From Thermoproteota archaeon (GTDB lineage Archaea > Thermoproteota > Nitrososphaeria > Nitrososphaerales > Nitrosopumilaceae): DNA of 64,000 bases. Below, one piece after another: positions 38,326-48,107 of the stretch. The notes under the pieces were generated by a model. The model did not search any database. It was not told where the DNA came from and saw nothing but the letters and a program-made list of their open reading frames with translations. Every line of letters starts with the position of its first letter. The first letter of the stretch is position 1. Where the stretch lies: the NCBI GenBank assembly GCA_040757675.1, contig JBFLWI010000002.1, forward strand, positions 55,217 through 119,216. Direction: 5' to 3'. Both the position numbers and the translations under genes were made by a program.

Positions 38326-39092
38326 TACCCTACACCCTTTGCATCTTTGAGCAAATATTCAAAGTATTCCCTTGCAAAGACTGCAAGGCCTGCATGATCT
38401 GCCCAGATTGCGACTGCTTCGCCTTCGACCGACTCGTTGATTGGGCCCAAAAGTATGACTACGTATCTTTTGTCCGATATGATGCCGCCCCCAAAGAGGC
38501 CTTTTTTAACTTTGACTGTGGCAACACGAGTCAGGCTCTTTAGCGCCTCTTTTTCCATTTGATCGGACATCAGAATTGTGATGTTGACGCCCCTGTCGTG
38601 GAGCTGGCGCAGCTTTGGCAGCGCCTGCTTTATGAGCGCCTCATTTGCCTTTGGAAGTGCGATTAAAACCTCGTTTCTGCAAGTCTCAACTATTTCAAGA
38701 ATCTTTGATGCGATATTCATTATTCCAGAAAGAACCCATATGTCCGGCCTCTCGCTTACGCCGCTTTTCTCATAAAGCGGCACAAGCTCACGCAGCACGA
38801 TATTTTCGTTTTCTTTGAAATCGGACTCCATCTTTTGCTTTGTAACTTCTAGTGCGGTAGCAGGTGATTTTGCAAAATACTTTGTAGGACGGGAATCATC
38901 TGAGCCGATCCAGCCTTTTTCTTCCAGGGAGCCTAGCACCTCGTAGATCTTTGAGTACGGCACGCCTGATTTCTGGCTCAGATCGGATGCTGTGAGCTCG
39001 CCACCCTTGAGCAGAGACGAATAGGTTCTGATTTCATAACTTGTGAGGCCTATTTTTTCTAGGGACTTGCGCGTGTTATCCGATATACTCAT
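38325..39092 (-). CDS. trmB: TrmB-family transcriptional regulator
   Basis: LEKIGLT.YE, LTASDLSQKSGVPYSKIYEVL.SLEEKGW, PTKYFA; C-terminal effector domain. Confidence 0.9.
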   Translation of the reverse strand: MSISDNTRKSLEKIGLTSYEIRTYSSLLKGGELTASDLSQKSGVPYSKIYEVLGSLEEKGWIGSDDSRPTKYFAKSPATALEVTKQKMESDFKENENIVLRELVPLYEKSGVSERPDIWVLSGIMNIASKILEIVETCRNEVLIALPKANEALIKQALPKLRQLHDRGVNITILMSDQMEKEALKSLTRVATVKVKKGLFGGGIISDKRYVVILLGPINESVEGEAVAIWADHAGLAVFAREYFEYLLKDAKGVG

Positions 39093-39120
39093 CGATCTAA
39101 TCGGAGTTTTTTGGTATTTA

Positions 39121-39166
39121 AATCACTAAGGCGTGAATCTCCTAAATCACACGGGGTTGGGTGTGA
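39121..39166. promoter_or_regulatory. Two TCAC...GTGA inverted repeats upstream of the tes TATA box
   Basis: AATCAC-N6-GTGAAT (39121-39138) and TCACAC-N8-GTGTGA (39147-39166), followed by TTATATAG (39173-39180). Confidence 0.4.
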
Positions 39167-39211
39167 AATACGTTATATAGCATATTGGAAGAGTGCATTT
39201 TGATAAGGTAA

Positions 39212-40876
39212 ATGTCGCTAATTCAGCTTTCCAGACACTCTACAAAGACTCTAGGAAAGAAATCCACCATTAGATTCACTCAGAGCATATGCCCAGACTG
39301 CAACATGATTCTGGACGCAGAGGTCTTTGAGCGCGACGGACGCGTCTTTATGAGCAAGACCTGTCCTACGCACGGTGAGTGCGAAGAGCTGTACTTTGGT
39401 TCTTATGAGATGTACAAAAAGTTCAGCACCTACTGGGCTGACGGAAAAGGCGCACACGCACCAAACGTAATGATTGAGAAATGTTCTTGTCCAAACAACT
39501 GTGGCCTGTGCTCAAACCACCTATCGCACAGCGGCCTTGCAAACATGATAGTTACAAACAGATGTGACCTGACATGCTGGTACTGCTTCTTTTATGTAAA
39601 GAAAGGCCTTGAAGGCGCATACATGTACGAACCAGAATTAGACCAGGTTCGTGCAATGATGAAGACGCTCAAGGCAGAGCGACCAATTCCTGGCAACTCT
39701 ATTCAGATTACAGGCGGTGAGCCGATGCTGCGAGACGACATCACCGAGGTCATCAAGATAATGAAAGAAGAAGGCGTCGACCACGTCCAGATGAACACAA
39801 ATGGAATAAGACACGCAATGGACCCAGAGGCAGCCCGCGAGGTAAGACTTGCCGGATGCAACAACCTGTATCTCAGCTTCGATGGTGTCACGGCCAGAAC
39901 AAACCCAAAGAACCACTGGGAGATCCCATACGCACTTGATTCCTGCAGAAAGACAGGAACCACAGTAGTTTTCGTTCCAACAGTTATCAAATCAATTAAC
40001 GATCACGAATTAGGCGGAATTATCAGATATGCCCAAAAGAACATGGATGTAGTCCATGCGGTAAACTTCCAGCCGGTATCACTCACAGGAAGAATGGGCA
40101 AAGCAGAGCGTGAAAAATACAGAATCACAATTCCAGACTGCATTCAAAGAATCGAAGAGCAGACACAGGGTGAAGTCACAGTGGACGACTGGTTCCCAGT
40201 TCCAAGCTGCATGCCTCTGACAAACGTAATTGAGGCATTCTCAAGCAAGCCAAAATACGAGCTGTCAATCCACTTTGCGTGCGGAGCAGGCACATATGTC
40301 TTTGAGGACGCAGAGACAAAGAAATTCGTGCCGCTGCCAAGATTTGCAGACATTCAAGGAATGCTAGAATTATTTGAGGACAAAGCAGAGGAGATTCGCT
40401 CAGGCAAAAACAAGTACTTTACCATGCTGGAAGTGGTAAGAAAGTTATCCAGCTTTATTGATAAAAAGAAGCAGCCAGCCGGACTTGACTTAGCAAAGAT
40501 GTTTGGCAACATACTCATGAAGAGATCCTTTGATGCGGTAGGCTCTTGGCATGTCAAGGGCTTGTTCTTGGGCATGATGCACTTCCAAGACAAATACAAC
40601 GAAGACCTAGAAAGGCTGCAGAGATGTGACATCCATTATTTGACACCTGATCTCAGAGTAATTCCATTCTGTGCATTCAATGTAATTCCTGAATGGTACC
40701 GCGACAGAATCCAAAAGAAATACTCTATTTCTGTTGAGGAATGGGAAAAGCGCGAAGGCGTCAAACTGGAAGACGGCTTGTACCGTGGTTTGATGAGGAG
40801 AGGAGCAGGCGACGAGCTTGCAGCAGGCTGTGCAAAAAGCCAGATGTTCCATCAGGCTTCACAGGCTTTGATATAA
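39212..40876 (+). CDS. tes: Radical SAM tetraether lipid synthase (Tes/GDGT-MAS, MJ0619 family)
   Basis: N-terminal CPDC...CPTH site, CPNNCGLCSNH, radical SAM CDLTCWYC, and C-terminal RCDIHY...IPFCAFN of the MJ0619 family. Confidence 0.85.
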   Translation: MSLIQLSRHSTKTLGKKSTIRFTQSICPDCNMILDAEVFERDGRVFMSKTCPTHGECEELYFGSYEMYKKFSTYWADGKGAHAPNVMIEKCSCPNNCGLCSNHLSHSGLANMIVTNRCDLTCWYCFFYVKKGLEGAYMYEPELDQVRAMMKTLKAERPIPGNSIQITGGEPMLRDDITEVIKIMKEEGVDHVQMNTNGIRHAMDPEAAREVRLAGCNNLYLSFDGVTARTNPKNHWEIPYALDSCRKTGTTVVFVPTVIKSINDHELGGIIRYAQKNMDVVHAVNFQPVSLTGRMGKAEREKYRITIPDCIQRIEEQTQGEVTVDDWFPVPSCMPLTNVIEAFSSKPKYELSIHFACGAGTYVFEDAETKKFVPLPRFADIQGMLELFEDKAEEIRSGKNKYFTMLEVVRKLSSFIDKKKQPAGLDLAKMFGNILMKRSFDAVGSWHVKGLFLGMMHFQDKYNEDLERLQRCDIHYLTPDLRVIPFCAFNVIPEWYRDRIQKKYSISVEEWEKREGVKLEDGLYRGLMRRGAGDELAAGCAKSQMFHQASQALI

Positions 40877-40889
40877 AAATCAAAAACAT

Positions 40890-41123
40890 TTACCTGAATC
40901 TTTGGCTTGATATTCTAAAATTATTACGAAACTCTTCACTTGTAGTCTCGATGCTGTCTGCTAAATCTGGTGAATAAAGCTCATCCATCAGTTCCAATAA
41001 TCTGTGCGCATTGTTCTTTTGGGTTAATCTGAGTATTACATCACTGAATGTTTCATTTTTTCTTTTTTTGGATTTGAGCGCTTTGTATGCTTGCTCATGT
41101 ATTTTCAATACTCTATCTGGCAT
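40890..41123 (-). CDS. Orphan VapB-like (DUF217-type) antitoxin
   Basis: LKIHEQAYKALKSKKRKNETFSDVILRL...PDLADSIETTSEE; homologous to the frameshifted copy at 35 kb; no adjacent PIN gene. Confidence 0.8.
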   Translation of the reverse strand: MPDRVLKIHEQAYKALKSKKRKNETFSDVILRLTQKNNAHRLLELMDELYSPDLADSIETTSEEFRNNFRISSQRFR

Positions 41124-41220
41124 TTACATCGTATCTAAGCATCTATTAAATTCAAGAATTTGTTGTCTATCAGAAAAGTTCATCGGAGGCCTTTTAAAAG
41201 CAAAAATCAGCTTCTGACCA

Positions 41221-42159
41221 TTGAAGATTCTTTTCATCTCTCCAAGATATGAGGGAGGAATAGGCGGGCATGCATTCAGAGTAGCAGAAAAACTCAGAGA
41301 GCATGGTTTTGATGTAAAACTAATGCACGTGCCACATGTACCAATTAAAAATCTCAAAAATCCAAGCTTTGCTGTACTCGGAATAACGAAAGCATTGTTT
41401 GATAGAGAAAGATACGATGTCGTACATGCATGGAACATACCGTCTGCGTTTGTCATGAAATATGTCAAAGCAAAGAAAAAGATTCTCTCAGTTCATGGTG
41501 TGTATTCGGAACAGGTTGGTGCTTTACACTCAAAAACAACAAGTACAGCAGTCAACCTTGGTGAATCTAAAGTACTCTCATGGGCAGACAAACTTACCAC
41601 CGATTCCAAACTAGTCAAACAAGTCTACAAGGAAAAATACGATCTTGATTTCATCTATCTTGCAGCACCACTGGATACAAGCAAATTCAATGACATTCCA
41701 GAAGTACCAAAAAAAGAAAATCAAGTTGCATATGTAGGAAGGGACAGCTATGAGAAAGGCACTGACATACTACGTAGCATAGAATCACAGATCAAAGGCA
41801 AAGTGGTATATTGCACAAATGTACCGTGGAAAGAAGCAATGATTACGCTAAAAGAATCAACGCTTCTTGCAGTACCATCAAGAATGGAAAGCCTCCCACA
41901 GGTAATCAAAGAAGCATTTTATCTTAAAACACCAGTGGTGGCCACAAGTGTTGGCGGAATTCCGGAAATCATTACACATGCTGAAAATGGAATTTTGATA
42001 CCTCCAAATGAGCCGCAAAAACTAGCTGATACGATAAATGATGTGCTTGCAAACAAGACATTAAGAGAAAAACTGACTGTAAATGCACATGAATACATCA
42101 TCAAAAATTTCAGCTGGGACGTACTTTTGCCAAAATACCTTGAGCTCTACGAAAAATGA
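41221..42159 (+). CDS. Glycosyltransferase family 4
   Basis: GGIGGH, PSRMESLPQVIKEA, VATSVGGIPEII. Confidence 0.9.
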   Translation: MKILFISPRYEGGIGGHAFRVAEKLREHGFDVKLMHVPHVPIKNLKNPSFAVLGITKALFDRERYDVVHAWNIPSAFVMKYVKAKKKILSVHGVYSEQVGALHSKTTSTAVNLGESKVLSWADKLTTDSKLVKQVYKEKYDLDFIYLAAPLDTSKFNDIPEVPKKENQVAYVGRDSYEKGTDILRSIESQIKGKVVYCTNVPWKEAMITLKESTLLAVPSRMESLPQVIKEAFYLKTPVVATSVGGIPEIITHAENGILIPPNEPQKLADTINDVLANKTLREKLTVNAHEYIIKNFSWDVLLPKYLELYEK

Positions 42160-42213
42160 TTCATGCTTTGATTATTAGTTTTTATTAAACGAAAAAACTG
42201 CAAGAATAATATC

Positions 42214-43260
42214 ATGAAGCCAACGCTTTTGTCATATTTAGTATGCCCTGTCTGCAGGACAGATTTTACAATCAAGAATGTGAAAAAATCAGGTGAAGAG
42301 ATCAAGGAAGGGATTCTTATATGTTCCAACAAACACAAGTTTTCAGTTACAAATGGCATTCCTAGGTTTGTAGTAGATACAACAAAAAACTTTGTAAGAA
42401 CAGAAGAAGCATTTTCAGCAAAATGGAGATACCATCATGAAAATCATCACGCAAAAGACTGGATTGAGTTTCAGACAAAGTGGTTTTTGGAAAGATATGA
42501 ATGGAAAACTCTGGACAGATTTAATGACTTTCTGAATACAAAGACAAGAATTCTTGATGCAGGCACAGGAATTGGAAACAGTGCAAAGCTTCTTTCTGCA
42601 AATTCTGATTCGCAGGTATTTGCACTTGATGCAAGTCAAAGCATCGAATTTGCATACAAAAAATATGGTAAACTACCAAACGTGCATTTTTTGCAAGCCG
42701 ATCTCAGACAACTCCCTTTTAGAAGAGAATTCTTTGATTTCATTTACTCGGATCAGGTTCTACACCACACAAAAAACACTGGAACATCATTCAAATATTT
42801 GACAAAATTTCTCACAAGGGAGGGGCACATTTCCATTTATGTGTACAAGAAGAAGGCCCCCATTCGAGAATACGTAGATGATTTTGTCAGAAAGATAACA
42901 ACCAACATGACGGTAAATGAATGCCTAGAATTCTCAAAGGACATGACTTATCTTGGCAGAGCCCTCTCTGAAGTAAAAAAGAAAATTACCATTCCAAGGG
43001 ATATTCCGATTCTTGGTGTCAAGGCAGGAACCTACGATGTGCAACGTTTTGTCTATTGGCATTTTCTAAAATGCTTTTGGGATGAATCTGGCAACTTTGA
43101 GAGAAGTGTGGGGGTGAATTTTGATTGGTACTATCCAAAATTTGCTTATAGGCACACACCAACTGAAGTAAGAAAATGGTTCAAGGACGCAAAAATCAAA
43201 ATTCTTACTTTCAAAGAAATAGAAAGCGGTATAAGTGTGACTGGGAAAAAATCCAATTAG
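42214..43260 (+). CDS. Class I SAM methyltransferase with N-terminal Trm112-like Zn domain
   Basis: LVCPVC...EGILICSNKHKFSVTNGIPRFV, then ILDAGTGIG, ADLRQLPF, SDQVLHHT. Confidence 0.85.
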   Translation: MKPTLLSYLVCPVCRTDFTIKNVKKSGEEIKEGILICSNKHKFSVTNGIPRFVVDTTKNFVRTEEAFSAKWRYHHENHHAKDWIEFQTKWFLERYEWKTLDRFNDFLNTKTRILDAGTGIGNSAKLLSANSDSQVFALDASQSIEFAYKKYGKLPNVHFLQADLRQLPFRREFFDFIYSDQVLHHTKNTGTSFKYLTKFLTREGHISIYVYKKKAPIREYVDDFVRKITTNMTVNECLEFSKDMTYLGRALSEVKKKITIPRDIPILGVKAGTYDVQRFVYWHFLKCFWDESGNFERSVGVNFDWYYPKFAYRHTPTEVRKWFKDAKIKILTFKEIESGISVTGKKSN

Positions 43261-44312
43261 AAGCCATACTCTTTGACAGTCTGCAAAAACTTTTTCGTTA
43301 TTACATCCCAGCTGAAATTCTCTGTCACAAATTTTCTACCTTGCCTGCCCATCTCGGCCGCTTTTTTGCTGTCACCAAGAAGAATCTCTAATTTATCAGC
43401 GAGATCCTTTGGATTGCCTTTTTCAACCAAATAGCCTGTCTGGCCGTCCCGCATCAACTCAGGTATTCCGCCCACTTTTGTCGCAACTATAGGTTTTTCC
43501 ATTAGTTGTGCCTCAAGCAAGGTGAGTGGCGACATGTCTATGCCACTGATGAGAGCATAGATGTCTATCTCACTTAGGTACTCTCTGATTTTGTCTGGAT
43601 AGGCCATCGCTCCAAGCCAGACAAAATTCTCATATTTTTTTAAAGTAGCTAATACATAATCACGGTACGGACCATCACCCACCCAATAAAATGTAACATG
43701 GGGAAATTTCTTGAATACTTTTTCAAGCGTTAACATCTCCTTTGCCTTTTCAAAAATAACTGCGCCTTGAAGTAAGCCTATACAGGGATGATTTAGCTTC
43801 ATACCTTCAACGTGATACCAATTTGATGGTGTTATTCCCTGATACATTGTCGCAATGTTTTTTTGCGGATATTTTTCCCGTACGGTATTTTCTAGGTGTT
43901 TACATATTGGCAAAATAATCTCAGAATTTTGAAAGCATTTTTCCGCCATTGATATCCATTTATTAAGAACGAATCTTTTTGGTGGTGATTTGTAAAGTGT
44001 TTGTTTTGCCATCTCGATTTCCCTCCAAAAATCACCTCTGAGATGTACAAATAATGGGATCTTTTCCTCAATTGCAGCAATTCCAAAATGTCTCTGTCTG
44101 TCTACTAGTATTGCATCTGGCTTGAATTCTTTTACTAAATTTTTGAACTTGGAGCGAGTTTGAAACCAGCTATGAATCCTTCTACTGGGAAAACCATCAC
44201 AAACTTCTGCATCAAAAACCACTTTGCACTCATGACCAAAGCTATTGAGCATGTTGGCAAATTCGGTCAGATGAAATAGCTTGGAGCTCGACCCCCCAAT
44301 CAATAATCGCAT
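43257..44312 (-). CDS. Glycosyltransferase family 4
   Basis: SGIDMSPLTLLEA, VATKVGGIPEL; paralogue of 52985-54082. Confidence 0.88.
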   Translation of the reverse strand: MRLLIGGSSSKLFHLTEFANMLNSFGHECKVVFDAEVCDGFPSRRIHSWFQTRSKFKNLVKEFKPDAILVDRQRHFGIAAIEEKIPLFVHLRGDFWREIEMAKQTLYKSPPKRFVLNKWISMAEKCFQNSEIILPICKHLENTVREKYPQKNIATMYQGITPSNWYHVEGMKLNHPCIGLLQGAVIFEKAKEMLTLEKVFKKFPHVTFYWVGDGPYRDYVLATLKKYENFVWLGAMAYPDKIREYLSEIDIYALISGIDMSPLTLLEAQLMEKPIVATKVGGIPELMRDGQTGYLVEKGNPKDLADKLEILLGDSKKAAEMGRQGRKFVTENFSWDVITKKFLQTVKEYGF

Positions 44313-44356
44313 ATCAACACAGTTTATGAGTATTGTTTGGCATAAAACGTGATCTA

Positions 44357-45286
44357 TTAATTCGTTATAGAATCTAGGTTAGTTTTAGCAGATATGGTAT
44401 CATACAACCACTGTCTAATCTCGGTTTTTGGTTCCCAACCAAGCACCTTTTTTGCAAGTGAGATATCTGCACGGGTTGTTTGAACATCTCCAGGCATTGG
44501 TGGGCCGTGAATTGGTTTTAAGTTTAAACCGAATGCGGATATTATAAGATTTGCAAGCTCTAGTACAGAAATAGTCGAGTTTGTCCCTATGTTGAAAAAT
44601 CCACAACTTACATCACTTTTCATGGCCAAGATATTTGCATTAACTACATCTCCAACATAGACAAAATCTCTTGTTTGACTTCCATCACCGTTTACGATCG
44701 GGGGTTCATTGTTGCGTACTCTTTTTAGAAACTTCTTGATTACTCCTGCGTATTGCTCTGATTGTCTTTCTCCAAATACGTTAAAGTATCTTAATCCAAT
44801 TACACGAACTCCTTCTTTAGAGTATTTTATTGCTAAATTCTCATCATCGAGTTTAGTTTGTGCATATGGATTTATCGGATTTTTTGGATCATCTTCGTGT
44901 ATTGGGATTCTAATGGGATTCCCATATACACTTGATGAACTTGCGTAAACTACTTTTATACCAAATTCTTTTGCAAGCTTTAGGATGTTTTCAGTTCCTT
45001 TGACATTTACAGTATGATATTCAGCTGGTTTTACAAAAGACTCTTGTACTGATGCCAACGCTGCTTGATGGAATACACCATCTTTATTTTTGAATAAATT
45101 TCTTAGCAAATCAAAATCATTGATACTACCTTGAATTAACTCGATTTTATCGATAACTGAGTGTATGTTTTCTTTTTTGCCAGTAACAAAATTGTCAAGT
45201 ATTGTAACTGTATCGCCATTTGCAACTAAAGTTTCAACAATATGACTGCCGATAAAGCCGACTCCACCTGTTACAAGAAATTCCAT
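44357..45286 (-). CDS. NAD-dependent sugar epimerase/dehydratase (GalE/WbpP-like)
   Basis: TGGVGFIGSH, HQAA, ASSSSVYG, YAQTK, RYFNVFG, RDFVYV; start at ATG 45286. Confidence 0.92.
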   Translation of the reverse strand: MEFLVTGGVGFIGSHIVETLVANGDTVTILDNFVTGKKENIHSVIDKIELIQGSINDFDLLRNLFKNKDGVFHQAALASVQESFVKPAEYHTVNVKGTENILKLAKEFGIKVVYASSSSVYGNPIRIPIHEDDPKNPINPYAQTKLDDENLAIKYSKEGVRVIGLRYFNVFGERQSEQYAGVIKKFLKRVRNNEPPIVNGDGSQTRDFVYVGDVVNANILAMKSDVSCGFFNIGTNSTISVLELANLIISAFGLNLKPIHGPPMPGDVQTTRADISLAKKVLGWEPKTEIRQWLYDTISAKTNLDSITN

Positions 45287-45424
45287 ATCATTGAACAATT
45301 TCGGACGGTAATTAAATGAATGCTAAAACTTGTTAATTAATCACACAAAATTTAGTTTGTATACTGGTAACAAGGCTACATCTTTGCTTAAGTTAATATC
45401 TATTATCAAGGTGAGAAACACAAG

Positions 45425-46183
45425 ATGCTCGGTAAGATTCAATCAGCTATAAAATATCTGCAAGTATTCGCAACCCCGGCAGATATTGTCAAATTTCGAC
45501 AAATTTATAGAAATAAAATTAAAGATAAAACTGAACTAATACAAATACGAGTAAAAGAAGCTAAATTTCCCCTTTACTGTAGACCAAATACTACAGATGC
45601 TCAAGTTTTGTGGGATACTTTCTTTAGGAAATATCATCTTCCACCAACCCCTCTGAATAACAATCCGTTTATAATGGATTTGGGCGCAAACGTTGGTTAT
45701 ACTATTGCACATTTTGCATTTTTGTATCCAAGATCCAAAATTTACGGAGTAGAAATGAATTATGATAATTTTTTAGTTGCGCAAAAAAATACAGAACGTT
45801 TTGGGGATCAAGTTACTTTGATAAACTGTGCAGTATGGCACGAAAATGGAATCGTTTCTTATGGAGGTGATGCTTCATGGGGATTCAGTATAACTAAGCA
45901 AAATTCAAGCGATAACATTTTACATTCTCCTGCAAAGACTATTGATGCCATCATCGATGAATACGGCATATCAAAAATAGACTACTTGAAACTAGATATA
46001 GAAGGAGCAGAAAAATTTGTTCTTAAGAGATCAGGAAAATGGATGGAACGCACCAAATCTATGAAAATAGAGATACACCCACCAGCAGATTTTGAAGAAA
46101 GTAAAAAAATTCTTGAAGATGAAGGTTTTAAATGTGAAAAAGACACTTCTTCAACATTACCTTGTATTATCGCCATCCGCTAA
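45425..46183 (+). CDS. FkbM-family methyltransferase
   Basis: DLGANVG, LKLDIEGAE. Confidence 0.88.
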   Translation: MLGKIQSAIKYLQVFATPADIVKFRQIYRNKIKDKTELIQIRVKEAKFPLYCRPNTTDAQVLWDTFFRKYHLPPTPLNNNPFIMDLGANVGYTIAHFAFLYPRSKIYGVEMNYDNFLVAQKNTERFGDQVTLINCAVWHENGIVSYGGDASWGFSITKQNSSDNILHSPAKTIDAIIDEYGISKIDYLKLDIEGAEKFVLKRSGKWMERTKSMKIEIHPPADFEESKKILEDEGFKCEKDTSSTLPCIIAIR

Positions 46184-46242
46184 GGTTTGAAACATAAATT
46201 GTCATTAAAATAATAAACAGTAAATTCGATTCAAAAACAAAA

Positions 46243-47232
46243 ATGACTAAAAAAATTAAGGTTGCGTTTATCTACAAAGCATCAAATCCCTACATGTCGG
46301 GAAATGCTTGGGCAACAACATACTATCACTTTTTCATGGATGCATTGAAACGACATCCAGAACTTGAAATGTCATACTTTCCAGCAGAAAACAGCTTTGA
46401 TGTATCAAAATTGAAGAATAACTATGATATCATATTGTTGTGGGAAAACCATCCATGGGGAACACCAGACGAACTTGTTGGAATGCGTGATCTCAACATT
46501 CCAGTAATATGTAGAATAAATGATGCTCATGATGCTCAAGCAAAAGGTAAAATTCAGTATCATGAAAAATACAAAATAGATCATTATTTTGGTTATCTGC
46601 CTAAGAGTTTTTTCTACAAGTATTATCCAAAAAATTTCAAGTATAAAGTAATATTTTATGGTGTAGAACCCTCATTATATGAAAATGTTACGCCTTTCTC
46701 ACAGAGAATAAGAAACAAGATTTTGTGTTCTGGGGCTGCAGCAAGCACCAAATTACGCACCAGATTATTTGAACGACTTATTCGAGCCAGAGGTGAAATG
46801 AGTATGTATAAACATTATAAGCTAAGAACGATGTGCATAAAACTGCCTTACGTTGATTACACTACCACACTACAACACGAATACATTAACGACAAATATC
46901 CATTATTGCTTATGAGGTATGCTGGCTCTATAGCCTCGCACTCATTGTATCCTGTGATCAAATATTGGGAAAATACCGCAGCGGGATGTCTTACTTTTAT
47001 GGAAGTAACAGAAAAAAACGGAGCTGATATTCTTGGCTTCAAAGATGGAGAAAATGCAATCTTCATCAATGAGAAGAATTACAAGAAAAAATTAGAAGAG
47101 TTTCTAAATGATTCTGATAATCCAAAATGGGAAGAAATTGCAAATGCAGGAAGGGAATACACCATGAACAATTTAACAAATGATACGGCGGCAGAATCTT
47201 TAGTAACACTAATGAAAGAATTTTTGCGTTAA
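46243..47232 (+). CDS. Glycosyltransferase (CgeB/GT1_2-like)
   Basis: C-terminal KYWENTAAGCL, FKDGENAI, IANAGREY pattern; located in the glycan island. Confidence 0.65.
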   Translation: MTKKIKVAFIYKASNPYMSGNAWATTYYHFFMDALKRHPELEMSYFPAENSFDVSKLKNNYDIILLWENHPWGTPDELVGMRDLNIPVICRINDAHDAQAKGKIQYHEKYKIDHYFGYLPKSFFYKYYPKNFKYKVIFYGVEPSLYENVTPFSQRIRNKILCSGAAASTKLRTRLFERLIRARGEMSMYKHYKLRTMCIKLPYVDYTTTLQHEYINDKYPLLLMRYAGSIASHSLYPVIKYWENTAAGCLTFMEVTEKNGADILGFKDGENAIFINEKNYKKKLEEFLNDSDNPKWEEIANAGREYTMNNLTNDTAAESLVTLMKEFLR

Positions 47233-47315
47233 ATCGCGGTTCATTTTTTACAAAAAACGGTTAATCATCATCTAATGCAGCTAAATTCTAATACCGACAG
47301 AAATATTGTTTTATT

Positions 47316-48107
47316 GTGATGAACACATCCAAAATTAAAAATCTGGCGTTTAAAACTACAATCCGGTTAATTGGTAATAGGGGACTTTCGCGAAGCTTCT
47401 TAGGTCGAATTGTAAAAGAATACGCTGTACAAAATTGTAGGATAAATGAAATAACAATTAACGGTTATCGAATGATTTTGGATAAAGATGATGTTATGCA
47501 GATTTCACTGTTTCCTTACGAACCCATGGAGACTGAGATAATAAAAAAATATGTGCACGAACGGGATATAACAGTTGATGTAGGCGCTAATATAGGGTAC
47601 TACACCCTGCTTATGGCAAAATTAAAGGCTGTTGTGCACTCATTTGAACCAGAACCACATAACTTTGCACTATTAAAAAAAAATGTTGAGCTTAACCATT
47701 TTACAAATGTAATGTTACATAACAAAGCAGTATCGAACATCAATGGAAAAGCAAAATTCGTACTTGCTGATTATGGAACAGGACAACATAAACTTGGCAA
47801 TTCTAAGTTTGGTACTAAGACCATAGATGTTACAGTCACTACCATAGACTTAGAAGACATAGATTTTGCAAAAATCGATGTTGAAGGTGCAGAACTTCTT
47901 GTATTACAAGGAATGAAAACATTACCCAAAAAAATGATACTTGAATTTAATACGGAAAATCTCAAAGAACATGGAACAACACCTACAGAATTTTTTAATT
48001 TTGTGAAAAATTATTCTATAAAACAGATCACAAAGGATGGTTTAATAGAACCAAATTATGAAAAATTACTCGCCGATAAAATGGCAACAAATTTGTTTTT
48101 GTATTAA
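47316..48107 (+). CDS. FkbM-family methyltransferase
   Basis: DVGANIGYYT, SFEPEP, KIDVEGAE. Confidence 0.9.
   Translation: MMNTSKIKNLAFKTTIRLIGNRGLSRSFLGRIVKEYAVQNCRINEITINGYRMILDKDDVMQISLFPYEPMETEIIKKYVHERDITVDVGANIGYYTLLMAKLKAVVHSFEPEPHNFALLKKNVELNHFTNVMLHNKAVSNINGKAKFVLADYGTGQHKLGNSKFGTKTIDVTVTTIDLEDIDFAKIDVEGAELLVLQGMKTLPKKMILEFNTENLKEHGTTPTEFFNFVKNYSIKQITKDGLIEPNYEKLLADKMATNLFLY

Noticed and set aside
39212-42159. Functional link between tes and the adjacent glycosyltransferases (GDGT head-group glycosylation)
   Set aside because: Only adjacency supports it; an opposite-strand antitoxin and a composition shift separate them, which suggests an island boundary rather than an operon.
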